Positions 1-9,173 of a DNA stretch of 32,000 nucleotides are shown here, piece after piece. The notes beneath the pieces are model-generated. The model saw only the letters and a program-made list of their open reading frames with translations. It ran no database searches and was not told where the DNA came from. The first letter of the stretch is position 1. Every line of letters starts with the position of its first letter. A program made the translations under genes and the position numbers. Source of the stretch: Microcystis aeruginosa NIES-843 (GTDB taxonomy: Bacteria; Cyanobacteriota; Cyanobacteriia; Cyanobacteriales; Microcystaceae); the NCBI RefSeq assembly GCF_000010625.1, contig NC_010296.1, forward strand, positions 3,600,001 to 3,632,000. The letters run 5' to 3'.

Positions 1-2
1 CT

Positions 3-524
3 ATCGTTAAAAAAGGTGAACCGACTTTTGCCGAATTACAGTCCCATCTTAACTATCTTCTCGACCAAAAAAAATCTACCCCAGCTATTGCGGCAACCTC
101 TTCTATCTCCATCAGCGTCAGAGATATCCTCAAACAGATGTTACAACTGTTCAAACAGGAAGAAACCAGTGCTTCCCGTCAGCAATTAGAAAAATTAATT
201 TTATCTCTGTCTCAATTGGCTTCAGAACAGCAAAAGTGGCAATATTTAGTTAAAAATGCCCAATCAGCCCTGGCTAACCCCAAACATTCCTACCGCACTC
301 TCGCCCCGGTTATTATTAAAGAATTAAAACAAGCTAGTGATTTATTGGAATGGGGTCGCGGGGAAGAAATCACCGTCAGTCAAGAATTGCAGTTATTAGC
401 CACCGCCAAATTACCACAAATCCTGATCACCCTAGAACCGGAATTAGTAGCTAGTACCCTGCTGCAAATGTTTAATCGCCAACAGGTCTCGCAACTGGTA
501 CAGTTATTACAAATGAGACGTTGA
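3..524 (+). CDS. C-terminal part of a hypothetical protein; the gene probably starts upstream of the window
   Basis: Frame 3 has no stop from base 3 to the TGA at 522-524. The listed 138..524 ORF is therefore probably the tail of a longer gene. It is Gln/Leu-rich with no motif I recognise. Confidence 0.45.
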   Translation: MVKKGEPTFAELQSHLNYLLDQKKSTPAIAATSSISISVRDILKQMLQLFKQEETSASRQQLEKLILSLSQLASEQQKWQYLVKNAQSALANPKHSYRTLAPVIIKELKQASDLLEWGRGEEITVSQELQLLATAKLPQILITLEPELVASTLLQMFNRQQVSQLVQLLQMRR

Positions 525-581
525 CATCTGCGCTGGTGTAAAAAGGTGGGGGATTCCCAGGAGAATAAACTTAATGTTTTT

Positions 582-2003
582 GGCTCTTCGTTACCCTTTA
601 TGCTAAATCAACATACAAGATGCCAAGATAACATACTTCTAACCCAAAAATTCCGAAAGTTTCTAAAGCCATAGCCTCTCCGTTTTATTAGTTTAAGTTT
701 ATTGTTGATTCCCTCGACCACCCCATTCGTTGTCCTTCGCTCGAAATAACTAATTATTTCTCCAAACCAGTTTCGGATTGTTTGACAACTCTTGGTAAAA
801 ACACTGGAGGATTTTGCCAACCATTCCGAGATGGATAGCATTCCCTCTGTCGGATTCTCTGAGGTTTCATAAATCTTTCTAAATTCTTCCTTTAATTCCT
901 GCATCTTTTTCAAATTTGGGAATTTTTCTTTGATAGCTTCTAGTTTAATTTTTTGGGGTTCCGTTAAATCTTCTTCATTTTTTAACAGGCTATATTTACT
1001 TCGCTTTAAAACTTCTAGCTTCGCTTCTTTTTCCGCTTTCTGTTTTTTATTTTTCTGCGCTTCTACGGCTCTTTTTTCTGCTCTTCTCTGTTCGTCTAAC
1101 TCTTGATTAATTTGTTTCATTACATGGAATCTATCGGCGACTACTTCGGCCGATGGCATCAATTCTTTCACCAAATTTTTATAAGGCAACCAAAGGTCTA
1201 TGCTCACTTCTTCAATTTGCTCTAACACCTCTTTTCCCCAGCCCGTAAGCGTTTCTCTCAACTCTTCTTGTGTTCGCTTCTCTAGAATAGCTATTAGTTT
1301 TCCCGTATCTAAATTTACTAAAACCGCACAGTAATTTTTTTGTCCTTTGACTAGAGCGATTTCATCAATTCCTAGTCTTTTTAATTCCGATAGGTCTGGC
1401 TCTGTAATTTCTTCGGCGATGTCCTCTATCATTCTTTGAATCTCTTCTTCCGTTACGTCATTTATTCGACTAACATTTAAAATATCTCCTTCTTTTAATT
1501 GTTCGAGTATATTTGCGGCTAGTCTTTTCGTATAGGTTCGTTTCTTGGCGACAAAATCTAACTCTTCGCTAAAGGGTCTCTGACAATTATCGCACTTAAA
1601 TTGACGACGATTAATTTGTAGGTATACTGGTTGACCTGAGATTGGTAAATCTTTGACTAAATGTCGATGATTTTGGTGGAGTTTATCGCTCTCTAACCCA
1701 CAACGAGGACAGGTTGCTTTTTGATTTTTCGATTCGATTCGGCAAACTATACCGATATTTTCTAGGTGTAGATAGCCTTGAATACAGGTTCCTTTTAGGT
1801 TCAAAAATTTGTCAAGTATCATAAGTAAAATAATCTCGTTTTTGGCTATTATATCAAATCTTAACTCAATTGTCTATCTTTTGGTATTAACCTGTTTGTG
1901 CCTTAAGTCCTTCCCTGTATGGATTTCAGCTACTTTTGAGCGTAGGCGCTCTCATCGAATTTTATTTTAAGTTAATTATTTGCATAACAATTCCCGAAGA
2001 GCC
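582..2003 (-). mobile_element. ISL3-family insertion sequence, apparently intact (1422 bp)
   Basis: The terminal inverted repeats begin GGCTCTTCG (582-590) and CGAAGAGCC (1995-2003). A perfect 8-bp direct repeat, ATGTTTTT, flanks the element at 574-581 and 2004-2011. One full-length transposase ORF lies inside. Confidence 0.9.
608..1822 (-). CDS. ISL3-family transposase
   Basis: The 404-aa ORF has N-terminal zinc-finger pairs (CPRCG ... CDNC) and an overall layout typical of ISL3 DDE transposases. It lies between the IRs described above. Confidence 0.85.
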   Translation of the reverse strand: MILDKFLNLKGTCIQGYLHLENIGIVCRIESKNQKATCPRCGLESDKLHQNHRHLVKDLPISGQPVYLQINRRQFKCDNCQRPFSEELDFVAKKRTYTKRLAANILEQLKEGDILNVSRINDVTEEEIQRMIEDIAEEITEPDLSELKRLGIDEIALVKGQKNYCAVLVNLDTGKLIAILEKRTQEELRETLTGWGKEVLEQIEEVSIDLWLPYKNLVKELMPSAEVVADRFHVMKQINQELDEQRRAEKRAVEAQKNKKQKAEKEAKLEVLKRSKYSLLKNEEDLTEPQKIKLEAIKEKFPNLKKMQELKEEFRKIYETSENPTEGMLSISEWLAKSSSVFTKSCQTIRNWFGEIISYFERRTTNGVVEGINNKLKLIKRRGYGFRNFRNFWVRSMLSWHLVC

Positions 2004-2293
2004 ATGTTTTTAATTTTGGTGAGTTAGGAAGATATGTAATTAATTGTGCGCCCACCGAGGTGGCAATAATTCTAGAGGGTGAATTGGGATAGAGCCAAAC
2101 CGGAAAAAGCTAAGATATGGCAAGATAAAAACTTAATGCTGACGGCTGACCAATATCAGACCTGATGCAGTATCTCTTTAGTCACCGGTCAAGCTGGGAT
2201 TTACTGAGAGTAAGCAATCTGCTAGAGTTTTAACGTTCGTTAAATTTCTCGGGCAGAGAAAACAAACAAAACCATAATGGTGTTAATGGGTGT

Positions 2294-4369
2294 GTGGAAG
2301 TGCTTAAAAATCTCAAATTTTCGGGGCGATATTCCTCGCTGGCCCTGCTGCTGGCTATTTTCGGATTATTTCACGGGACGGTAATGGCCGAAGAAGAACC
2401 GCAAGAAACGGTTTTTCCCCGCGTCGAGCAGATAGTACAGTCTCCTCCTGCGACGGGAGAAACTACGCCACCCGTGGCAGCACCGACGGAAACCCCGACG
2501 GAAACCCCAAGCCCCGCAGAAACTCCCACAACAGCCCCACCGGTGCCGGCGGAGGAGTCGCGAGTTTTGGTGGCCGAAGTGGTAGTACAGGGGGCCGATC
2601 GAGAATTAGAAAATCTAGTTTATAATACCATTCGCACCCGACCAGGACGAAGCACGACTCGATCGCAACTGCAAGAAGATATTAACGCCGTTTTTGCCAC
2701 GGGCTTTTTTGCCGATGTGCGGGCAGTTCCCCAAGATACGCCTCTAGGGGTGCGAGTCACCTTTGAGGTGCAACCTAACCCCGTTTTTCAGGGCGTACAG
2801 ATTCAAATTGCCCCGGAAACCCTGGACAAATCGATTTTACCTGCCGGGGTGGTCGAGGAAATTTTCGCTAGTCAATACGGCAAAACCCTGAATTTGCGGG
2901 AATTACAGGCGGGGGTAAAAAAAATCAATGACTGGTACAGCAAAAACGGCTATGATCTGGCCCAGGTAATCGGTGCGCCGCAAGTCACTCCCGATGGTCG
3001 GGTGATTCTGGTCATTTCCGAAGGTTTAATCGAAAAAATTCAAGTACGCTACTTTAACGTTGAACAGGAACCGGTCAAGGGTAAAACTAGAGAATTTATC
3101 ATTACTAGGGAAATGCGCCTAAAAGCGGGGGATATTTTTAACCGCAATACGGCCCAACAGGATTTACAGCGTGTTTTCGGTCTCGGTTTATTCGAGGATG
3201 TGCGTCTGTCTTTTTCTCCCGGCAGCGACCCAAGGGAGGTGATTGTTAACGTCGATGTGGTGGAAGGTAATACCGGTTCCCTAGCCGCTGGGGGTGGTAT
3301 TAGCTCGAATGCGGGCTTATTCGGGACTGTTAGCTATCAACAGCGCAATTTTGGCGGTAATAACCAAACTTTAGGGGCAGAAGTCCAGTTAGGGGAACGG
3401 GAATTTTTATTCGATCTGAGTTTTTCCGATCCTTGGATTGCCACGGATAATTTCCGCACTTCCTACACGGTGAACGTTTTCCGGCGACAGTCGATTTCTC
3501 TGGTTTATGATGGGGAAAATTCCTCGATTCGGACGCTTAACGATAATGATAGTCCCCGTATTGTCCGGACGGGTGGCGGTATTACTTTTGTCCGTCCTTT
3601 GGCCGCCGATGTGTTTACGAAACCAAAATGGGTGGTTTCCCTAGGCTTTAACTATCAACAGGTACAGGTGCAAAATGCCAATGGTGACATCTCCCCCCTG
3701 TCTGCACCTCTCAACGGTTTTGGCAGTCAACAACTGGCTTTTAGTTCCTCTGGGATCGATGATCTACTTTCTCTAAATATTGGCGCTATTCGAGATTTTC
3801 GCGATAATCCCCTGCAGCCCACCAGTGGTTCTTTCCTGCGTCTAGGTTTAGAACAAACTGTCCCGGTCGGTTCTGGCAGTATTTTCGGCACTCGTGTTCG
3901 GGGTAGTTACAGTTACTTTATCCCCGTTCGCTTTATTAATTCCTTTAATCTCTTTGAAACCGATATTTTTAAAGGTCAGCAATCCCTCGCTTTTAATGTG
4001 CAAGCAGGGACAGTATTAGGGGATTTACCCCCCTACGATGCTTTTATCGTTGGGGGTAGTAACTCTGTACGGGGTTACGCCGAGGGAGAAGTGGGTAGCG
4101 GTCGCAGTTATTTCCAAGCGACGGCCGAATATCGTTTTCCCATTGTCGCTATTATTGGGGGGGCGTTATTTGTCGATTTCGGCACTACTATTGGTTCCCA
4201 AGGTGATGTCCCCGGTCAACCCGGTATTGTCCGGGATTTACCCGGTACTGGTCTCGGTTACGGTTTAGGTGTTCGGGTACAATCTCCTGTCGGCCAAATT
4301 CGGGTTGACTACGGTTTTAATGTCGATGGTAGTTCTCGTCTCCATTTCGGTATCGGGGAACGATTCTAA
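2294..4369 (+). CDS. bamA: Omp85/BamA-family outer membrane protein (cyanobacterial Toc75-like)
   Basis: The 691-aa ORF has a signal peptide, a Pro/Thr/Glu-rich linker, POTRA-like repeats and a C-terminal beta-barrel ending in F. It sits immediately upstream of lpxC, as in other cyanobacteria. The GTG start at 2294 is uncertain. Confidence 0.85.
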   Translation: MEVLKNLKFSGRYSSLALLLAIFGLFHGTVMAEEEPQETVFPRVEQIVQSPPATGETTPPVAAPTETPTETPSPAETPTTAPPVPAEESRVLVAEVVVQGADRELENLVYNTIRTRPGRSTTRSQLQEDINAVFATGFFADVRAVPQDTPLGVRVTFEVQPNPVFQGVQIQIAPETLDKSILPAGVVEEIFASQYGKTLNLRELQAGVKKINDWYSKNGYDLAQVIGAPQVTPDGRVILVISEGLIEKIQVRYFNVEQEPVKGKTREFIITREMRLKAGDIFNRNTAQQDLQRVFGLGLFEDVRLSFSPGSDPREVIVNVDVVEGNTGSLAAGGGISSNAGLFGTVSYQQRNFGGNNQTLGAEVQLGEREFLFDLSFSDPWIATDNFRTSYTVNVFRRQSISLVYDGENSSIRTLNDNDSPRIVRTGGGITFVRPLAADVFTKPKWVVSLGFNYQQVQVQNANGDISPLSAPLNGFGSQQLAFSSSGIDDLLSLNIGAIRDFRDNPLQPTSGSFLRLGLEQTVPVGSGSIFGTRVRGSYSYFIPVRFINSFNLFETDIFKGQQSLAFNVQAGTVLGDLPPYDAFIVGGSNSVRGYAEGEVGSGRSYFQATAEYRFPIVAIIGGALFVDFGTTIGSQGDVPGQPGIVRDLPGTGLGYGLGVRVQSPVGQIRVDYGFNVDGSSRLHFGIGERF

Positions 4370-4370
4370 T

Positions 4371-4412
4371 CAGTTATCAGTTATCAGTTATCAGTTATCA
4401 CTTATCAGTTAT
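4371..4412. repeat. STRR-like heptamer tandem repeat (CAGTTAT) x6
   Basis: The repeat reads cagttat cagttat cagttat cagttat cacttat cagttat, directly after the bamA stop. Confidence 0.9.
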
Positions 4413-4468
4413 CGATAAATTTAGTTCTTTTTGTTGTTCACTGATAAAAGCTTTATTACTTGATAATT

Positions 4469-5281
4469 ATGGTTTCTACTATCGCTAAACAATTTGAATT
4501 ATCGGGAATTGGCCTACATTCGGGGGAGATAACCCGGGTGCGCGTCTGTGGGGCAAATCCGGGGGAAGGACGTTATTTTGTCCGCAGAGATCTAGCCAAT
4601 CAACCGATTATTCCCGCTCTAGTTTCTTCGGTTTACCAAACGACTTTATCAACGGAATTGGGACAAGGAGAAGCCAAGGTCAGAACCGTTGAGCATTTAT
4701 TAGCGGCCTTAACCGCTTTGGGGGTAGAGGATGCTCGCATTGAGGTGGATGGTGCGGAAATTCCCCTCCTTGATGGTTCGGCCAAAATCTGGGTAGAAGC
4801 GATCGAAAATGCCGGTTTAAATAACTCTTTTTCTCCATCAGATTTAACGATTTCTCAACCGATTTGGTTGTACGAAGGAGATGCTTTTGTGGCGGCGATT
4901 CCTTCCCCTGAATTACGTTTTACCTACGGGATCGATTTTACCTATAAACCCATCGGTAATCAATGGTATAGTTGGAGTCCTGATCAGGAAAGTTTTAGTC
5001 AAGCGATCGCATCCGCCCGGACTTTCGGTTTTGCCGATCAAATTGAATATTTACAAAAGGCTGGTTTAATTAAAGGAGGCAGTTTAGAAAATGCTTTAGT
5101 CTGCGATCAAAATCAATGGTTAAATCCTCCTTTACGGTTTGAAAATGAGCCAGTAAGACATAAATTATTGGACTTAATTGGTGATTTGAGTTTACTGGGA
5201 ACTATTCCCACCGCTCATTACATGGCTTTTAAAGCCAGTCATAAACTTCACGTTCAATTAGCTAAAGCAATTCAGGGTTAA
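4469..5281 (+). CDS. lpxC: UDP-3-O-acyl-N-acetylglucosamine deacetylase
   Basis: The N-terminus ([19 protein letters not shown]...) and the rest of the 270-aa protein match the LpxC layout ([12 protein letters not shown]). I prefer the ATG at 4469 to the TTG at 4460. Confidence 0.85.
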   Translation: MVSTIAKQFELSGIGLHSGEITRVRVCGANPGEGRYFVRRDLANQPIIPALVSSVYQTTLSTELGQGEAKVRTVEHLLAALTALGVEDARIEVDGAEIPLLDGSAKIWVEAIENAGLNNSFSPSDLTISQPIWLYEGDAFVAAIPSPELRFTYGIDFTYKPIGNQWYSWSPDQESFSQAIASARTFGFADQIEYLQKAGLIKGGSLENALVCDQNQWLNPPLRFENEPVRHKLLDLIGDLSLLGTIPTAHYMAFKASHKLHVQLAKAIQG

Positions 5282-5511
5282 TTATACTAAATTCTGTTTA
5301 AAAGGTATAGGGGAGTGGGAAGTGGGGCTGTCTGGAGGCGGGGTTTTTACTTCTATCGATGACATGGCTTTCGCTCGATCGTTCTCTACTCAAGCCTTTA
5401 TCCTAGCATTGTTGACCCTTGGCTATTAGCCGTCAGCTATCAGAATCATTCCAACATCGTCGGGTTTGCTCGGTGACAGGTTGCCAATCCAGAACTCAAC
5501 CCACCAGAGCG

Positions 5512-5610
5512 GCATCGCACTTTAACCCACAGCTTCAATAAATGTGCATGGTGCGTTCCCCAAAATCGATTGGTGGAGCAGTGGGAGTCACATTAGGGAA
5601 CGCACCCTAC
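5512..5610. repeat. Hairpin repeat family, copy R1
   Basis: The 11-12 bp arms GGTGCGTTCCCC (5550-5561) and GGGAACGCACC (5596-5606) flank a ~34-nt loop. The same ~100-bp unit recurs at 24428/26466, 29281, 30199 and 30947. The terminal CCCTAC (reverse complement GTAGGG) supplies the TAG stop of the 5607..6713 gene. Confidence 0.85.
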
Positions 5611-6713
5611 AGCTGCCACACGGTCAACGGGTTCCACAATCGGAGGCGTCGCGTGCGCTTGCCATCTTCGACCACCGCTTCCCAGTTGCGGTAGGGCTGA
5701 GGTGGCTGGTACTTCCCCTGCCCTGGGTCGTACTGCCCCTCAACACCGGTAAGCGCCGACATCGAATTGGTCGCGGCGGCCTTGACACCATCGTCGGTGG
5801 CGCGAGAGCCCCCGAAGAAGTCGTTGCCCGGCCAAGAGACATGGTCCCAGGCGACCAAACTGTACAGGGCGCATCCAGAAAAATCGTCGCCCCGCTCCGC
5901 ATAGGCGACCGGGTGGCACAGCTGCGACTTCTCCTCGTTCCCCGGCAGCCGCAGCGGACGGACTATGAACGATATGCCTTCAATCTCGACGCGGGCGTTT
6001 TCGCACTCGCTGTACGGGTCGAAGTAGACGGCCTTCAGGTTTGGAAGAGAGGTGCCGTGCTCGGTCAAGAGTCTCTGCAAAGCCATCTGCAAATGCGCGC
6101 CAAGTTGACCCCGGAACGGACCGGCGAACTGCCCGCAGCCGAGGCCCGGTAAGGTCACGAAGGCGGATTGCGGCTTAGCTGCTCGGCAGTTTATATACCG
6201 GAAGACTGGCAAGAGTCTGCGCCGGTACAGGTTGTAGTACCCCTCTGTAGACAACCGCCCATCCGCCGCAGTCGCCTCGCTCCAATCGGCCGGGGTATTC
6301 CCCCAGCCATTACACAGGAGAGCGCCTGGAGTAAATACCAACATCGCCGAAAAGGGAGGTGCGTGCGGCGTCGGGGAACGATGGTTGCCGTCGTCGAAGA
6401 CGGTCACCGGTACAGCGATCGAGATATCGCCCAGTAGACCGAGTTCGGTCAGGTTCCAATCGGAGCCGTCTCCGGACACGGCCATCTCGGCGAAGATCTG
6501 AGGTCGCTTGGTGTCGAGCAACTTGCCGAGAAGCTCCAGTTCTGTCAGTGCTTGAAGGTTCGAGTCCTGGAGGCGCTCACGCAGACAGTCTCCAGGTTGT
6601 GTCCGGCTGGCTCGCAACCTTTCCAGGTAGTCCGAAGCACGGGCCACGGTCTCCCCTGGAATGATGATGGAGTACTTGGGGGCGATAGCGTCGCCCGAAG
6701 TGTGGATGGTCAT
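5607..6713 (-). CDS. GC-rich orphan protein of unknown function; weak PARG/macrodomain-like G-C-G-x-F loop
   Basis: The long ORF is visibly far more GC-rich than its surroundings and has GC-rich third positions. As a result it spawns five overlapping spurious ORFs on both strands. I place the start at the ATG at 6713 (MTIHTSG...), 8 nt after AGGAAG, where composition switches to AT-rich. The motif LPGLGCGQFAGP resembles the diphosphate-binding loop of PARG-type macrodomains. Confidence 0.7.
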   Translation of the reverse strand: MTIHTSGDAIAPKYSIIIPGETVARASDYLERLRASRTQPGDCLRERLQDSNLQALTELELLGKLLDTKRPQIFAEMAVSGDGSDWNLTELGLLGDISIAVPVTVFDDGNHRSPTPHAPPFSAMLVFTPGALLCNGWGNTPADWSEATAADGRLSTEGYYNLYRRRLLPVFRYINCRAAKPQSAFVTLPGLGCGQFAGPFRGQLGAHLQMALQRLLTEHGTSLPNLKAVYFDPYSECENARVEIEGISFIVRPLRLPGNEEKSQLCHPVAYAERGDDFSGCALYSLVAWDHVSWPGNDFFGGSRATDDGVKAAATNSMSALTGVEGQYDPGQGKYQPPQPYRNWEAVVEDGKRTRRLRLWNPLTVWQL

Positions 6714-6741
6714 CAACGTCGCTTCCTTCGCCGAACTAAAT

Positions 6742-6810
6742 ATTATACGGAAACTTTCTCTATAACACTCTCCGGGGTAACGATATGGGTCAACCTTCTG
6801 TATAACACTC
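6742..6810 (-). promoter_or_regulatory. Putative promoter region of the GC-rich gene: TATAAT box plus two TATAACACTC direct repeats
   Basis: On the minus strand, TATAAT (6747-6742) lies ~28 nt upstream of the AGGAAG RBS. The 10-mer TATAACACTC occurs at 6761-6770 and 6801-6810, 40 bp apart. Confidence 0.3.
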
Positions 6811-7291
6811 CATTTAGGCGCAATCGCAAGAAGTCTTCCGTATATCACCCCCAAAAGCTTGTTAGTCAGATTAGCATATTGCCAAAAACCTTGTTTAACT
6901 AAATTTCTGACAACAAGCTAAAATAACAGGAGTTTTCCGGGATTCTAGAAAGGTAGAAACTAAGCACATCAAAGCTTTTAGCTTAACCAATTAGGTTTTA
7001 GATTCGGCCTTTGTTATCAGATGTGGGTTTTCAGTTCACCGATTACCGATGACTGTTTACTGATCACCGAACAAATCCCACCTCTCCGAACATTTGTCAA
7101 GACTGGGAGCGAAAAAGCCGCGTTTGTTCACACAGCTTAATTAAGAGTTGTAACTTTTAATGAACAGGAAGAGAGTCTAGGGCTGAGAGCTTGCTATAGT
7201 GAATCCTAGCCGTTTTTTCACGGCTCGTCATTATCATCTCAGAGCCTTTACTCGTCTCAATCATCATCCCAGAGTAAAATCAATAATCCCT

Positions 7292-8368
7292 ATGGTCAGC
7301 ACGATCCAAAAACCAGAATTCGAGGAAATCCGTCCGGGTATAAAAGTTCCCGCTAAAGAAACGATCCTCACTCCCCGCTTCTACACCACTGATTTTGAAG
7401 CGATGGCGGAAATGTCGATCGCCGCTAACGAGGAAGAACTGAAAGCGATTTTAGAGGAATTCCGTACCGATTATAACCGGCATCACTTCGTTCGTAATCA
7501 AGAATTCGATCGCTCTTGGGAGCATATTGATGGCGAAACTCGCCGCTTATTCGTGGAATTTCTGGAAAGATCCTGCACGGCTGAATTTTCCGGCTTTCTT
7601 CTCTACAAAGAACTCGGCAGACGTTTAAAAAACAGAAATCCCGTTCTCGCGGAATGCTTTAACCTCATGTCCCGGGACGAAGCGCGTCACGCTGGGTTCC
7701 TTAATAAGGCTTTATCGGATTTTAACCTCTCCCTTGACTTGGGATTTTTAACCAAAAGCCGTAACTACACCTTCTTTAAACCGAAATTTATCTTCTACGC
7801 CACCTATCTTTCCGAAAAAATCGGCTACTGGCGCTATATCACCATTTATCGTCATCTCGAACAACATCCCGAAGATCGGGTTTATCCGATTTTTAACTTC
7901 TTTGAGAATTGGTGTCAAGACGAAAACCGTCACGGGGACTTCTTTGATGCGATCATGCGCGCGCAGCCTGATATTCTTAATGATTGGCGCGCTCGTCTCT
8001 GGTGTCGTTTCTTCCTGCTTTCGGTCTTCGCTACTATGTATCTCAATGATACTCAGCGTTCTGGTTTCTACGCCATTCTCGGTTTGGACGCTCGCGAGTA
8101 CGATAAGTATGTGATCGAGAAGACCAATGAAACCGCCGGCCGCGTCTTCCCGATTGTTCTCGATGTGGATAGTCCTGAATTTTATGATCGCCTAGAGATT
8201 TGTGTTGGCAATAACGAGGGATTACGGGCGATCGATAGCGAAAACAGTCCCGCACCGGTTAAATTCCTGAAGAAATTGCCTATCTTCGCCTCTAACGCTT
8301 GGCAATTCCTCAAATTGTACCTGATGAAACCGATTCGGGTCGATAAATTAGCCGGTAGCGTCCGTTAA
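7292..8368 (+). CDS. acsF: Mg-protoporphyrin IX monomethyl ester oxidative cyclase (aerobic)
   Basis: The sequence matches the AcsF/CHL27 di-iron protein: TPRFYTTDF, two E..H motifs ([17 protein letters not shown]). I place the start at the ATG at 7292 ([10 protein letters not shown]); the upstream extension to 7199 looks non-native. Confidence 0.9.
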   Translation: MVSTIQKPEFEEIRPGIKVPAKETILTPRFYTTDFEAMAEMSIAANEEELKAILEEFRTDYNRHHFVRNQEFDRSWEHIDGETRRLFVEFLERSCTAEFSGFLLYKELGRRLKNRNPVLAECFNLMSRDEARHAGFLNKALSDFNLSLDLGFLTKSRNYTFFKPKFIFYATYLSEKIGYWRYITIYRHLEQHPEDRVYPIFNFFENWCQDENRHGDFFDAIMRAQPDILNDWRARLWCRFFLLSVFATMYLNDTQRSGFYAILGLDAREYDKYVIEKTNETAGRVFPIVLDVDSPEFYDRLEICVGNNEGLRAIDSENSPAPVKFLKKLPIFASNAWQFLKLYLMKPIRVDKLAGSVR

Positions 8369-8395
8369 AAAGTTTGTTTTCTTGAGACATGGTGA

Positions 8396-8420
8396 GGGTG
8401 GGTTAAACCACCCTTTTTTT
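8396..8420 (+). terminator. Rho-independent terminator of acsF
   Basis: The stem GGGTGG (8396-8401) / CCACCC (8408-8413) has a 6-nt loop and is followed by T7 (8414-8420), about 30 nt after the acsF stop. Confidence 0.7.
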
Positions 8421-8532
8421 GTCGATAAAATTCTTAAGAAAATCCTCTAACATTTGTATCCTCGCTAGACTGGATCCTAGGGGTGTGAACTAGGTTTTTA
8501 CTTTTTACTTTTTACTTTTTCCTGTCAAAAAT

Positions 8533-9072
8533 ATGGCTATTTATAGTGAATTACCCACAGGACAACGTCTCTATCTCGATAATCAAGGGCCGCAGACGAT
8601 TGTAACCCTCGCTAGTGGTGCTGTGGGACAACAACAGCAGTCTAGCAGTAGTTTTGCCACGGGAGTTTGGACAAAAGAACCCCAAATAGAGATAATTCCC
8701 CAAGGGGCAATTATTGAAATTATCACTGAAACCGGACCCCACAGAATCCAAATTCAAGGGAGCAGTATCGGTTTTTCCTCTCCTCATACCTCTGGAGTTT
8801 CTCAGTCCTCTCAATCGACCACTGCTACCAGTTTCTCCTCCTCACCGATGCAACCGATGCAACCGATGCAACCGATGCAACCGATGCAACCGATGAAAAT
8901 GGGTAATATGTCGATGAATTTTGCCCCCATGGAAATGGAGATGGGAGAGATGAAAATGAGTATGGGAGACGCAAAAACCGTCAGCAAAGTCCGATTTTGT
9001 CGTCAATGCGGGGCAAAAGTAGCGGCAACCGATCGCTTTTGTAGTAGCTGTGGTCATCAGTTACAGCAATAG
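8533..9072 (+). CDS. Zinc-ribbon domain protein with Ser/Thr-rich and Met-rich low-complexity region
   Basis: The C-terminus is CRQCG-x11-CSSCG, a zinc ribbon. It is preceded by (PMQ)5 and a Met-rich segment. Confidence 0.6.
   Translation: MAIYSELPTGQRLYLDNQGPQTIVTLASGAVGQQQQSSSSFATGVWTKEPQIEIIPQGAIIEIITETGPHRIQIQGSSIGFSSPHTSGVSQSSQSTTATSFSSSPMQPMQPMQPMQPMQPMKMGNMSMNFAPMEMEMGEMKMSMGDAKTVSKVRFCRQCGAKVAATDRFCSSCGHQLQQ
8845..8895 (+). repeat. Perfect 9-bp tandem repeat (CCGATGCAA) x5.7 inside the CDS
   Basis: Five exact copies plus a partial copy, encoding PMQPMQPMQPMQPMQPM. Confidence 0.95.
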
Positions 9073-9173
9073 GCAAAACCTGTTTAGCTAGATTCACCAG
9101 GCCTTTTGGGGCAAAATTTTGTTTATATTGGCTGAATTGACCCGCAGAGGGGGAATATATCCCCTGTCTGGGT

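Noticed and set aside
4371-4412. The heptamer tandem arrays (also at 11935-12032, 16039-16094 and 8494-8520) as possible CRISPR arrays.
   Set aside because: The units are 7 bp with no spacers. These are STRR-type short tandem repeats typical of cyanobacteria. There are no CRISPR repeats or cas genes in the window.
5282-5511. A possible remnant of fabZ directly after lpxC.
   Set aside because: I could find no frame encoding FabZ-like motifs (for example LPHRYPFLLVD) in any of the six frames of this 230-bp stretch.
6540-6565. A tRNA-like T-loop motif, GGTTCGAGTCC.
   Set aside because: It lies inside the GC-rich CDS. The flanking bases do not form a T-stem, an acceptor arm or an anticodon arm. 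I could support no tRNA, rRNA or tmRNA anywhere in the window.
5544-6902. Five additional long ORFs overlap the GC-rich gene: 5544..6152+, 5624..5902-, 6168..6437+, 6359..6664+ and 6552..6902+.
   Set aside because: They are Arg/Pro/Ala-rich translations of off-frames and of the antisense strand of a GC-rich CDS. Stop codons are rare in such sequence. Only the 5607..6713 frame gives a balanced, motif-bearing protein. The first 47 codons of the listed 415-aa ORF lie in AT-rich upstream DNA and are probably not translated.
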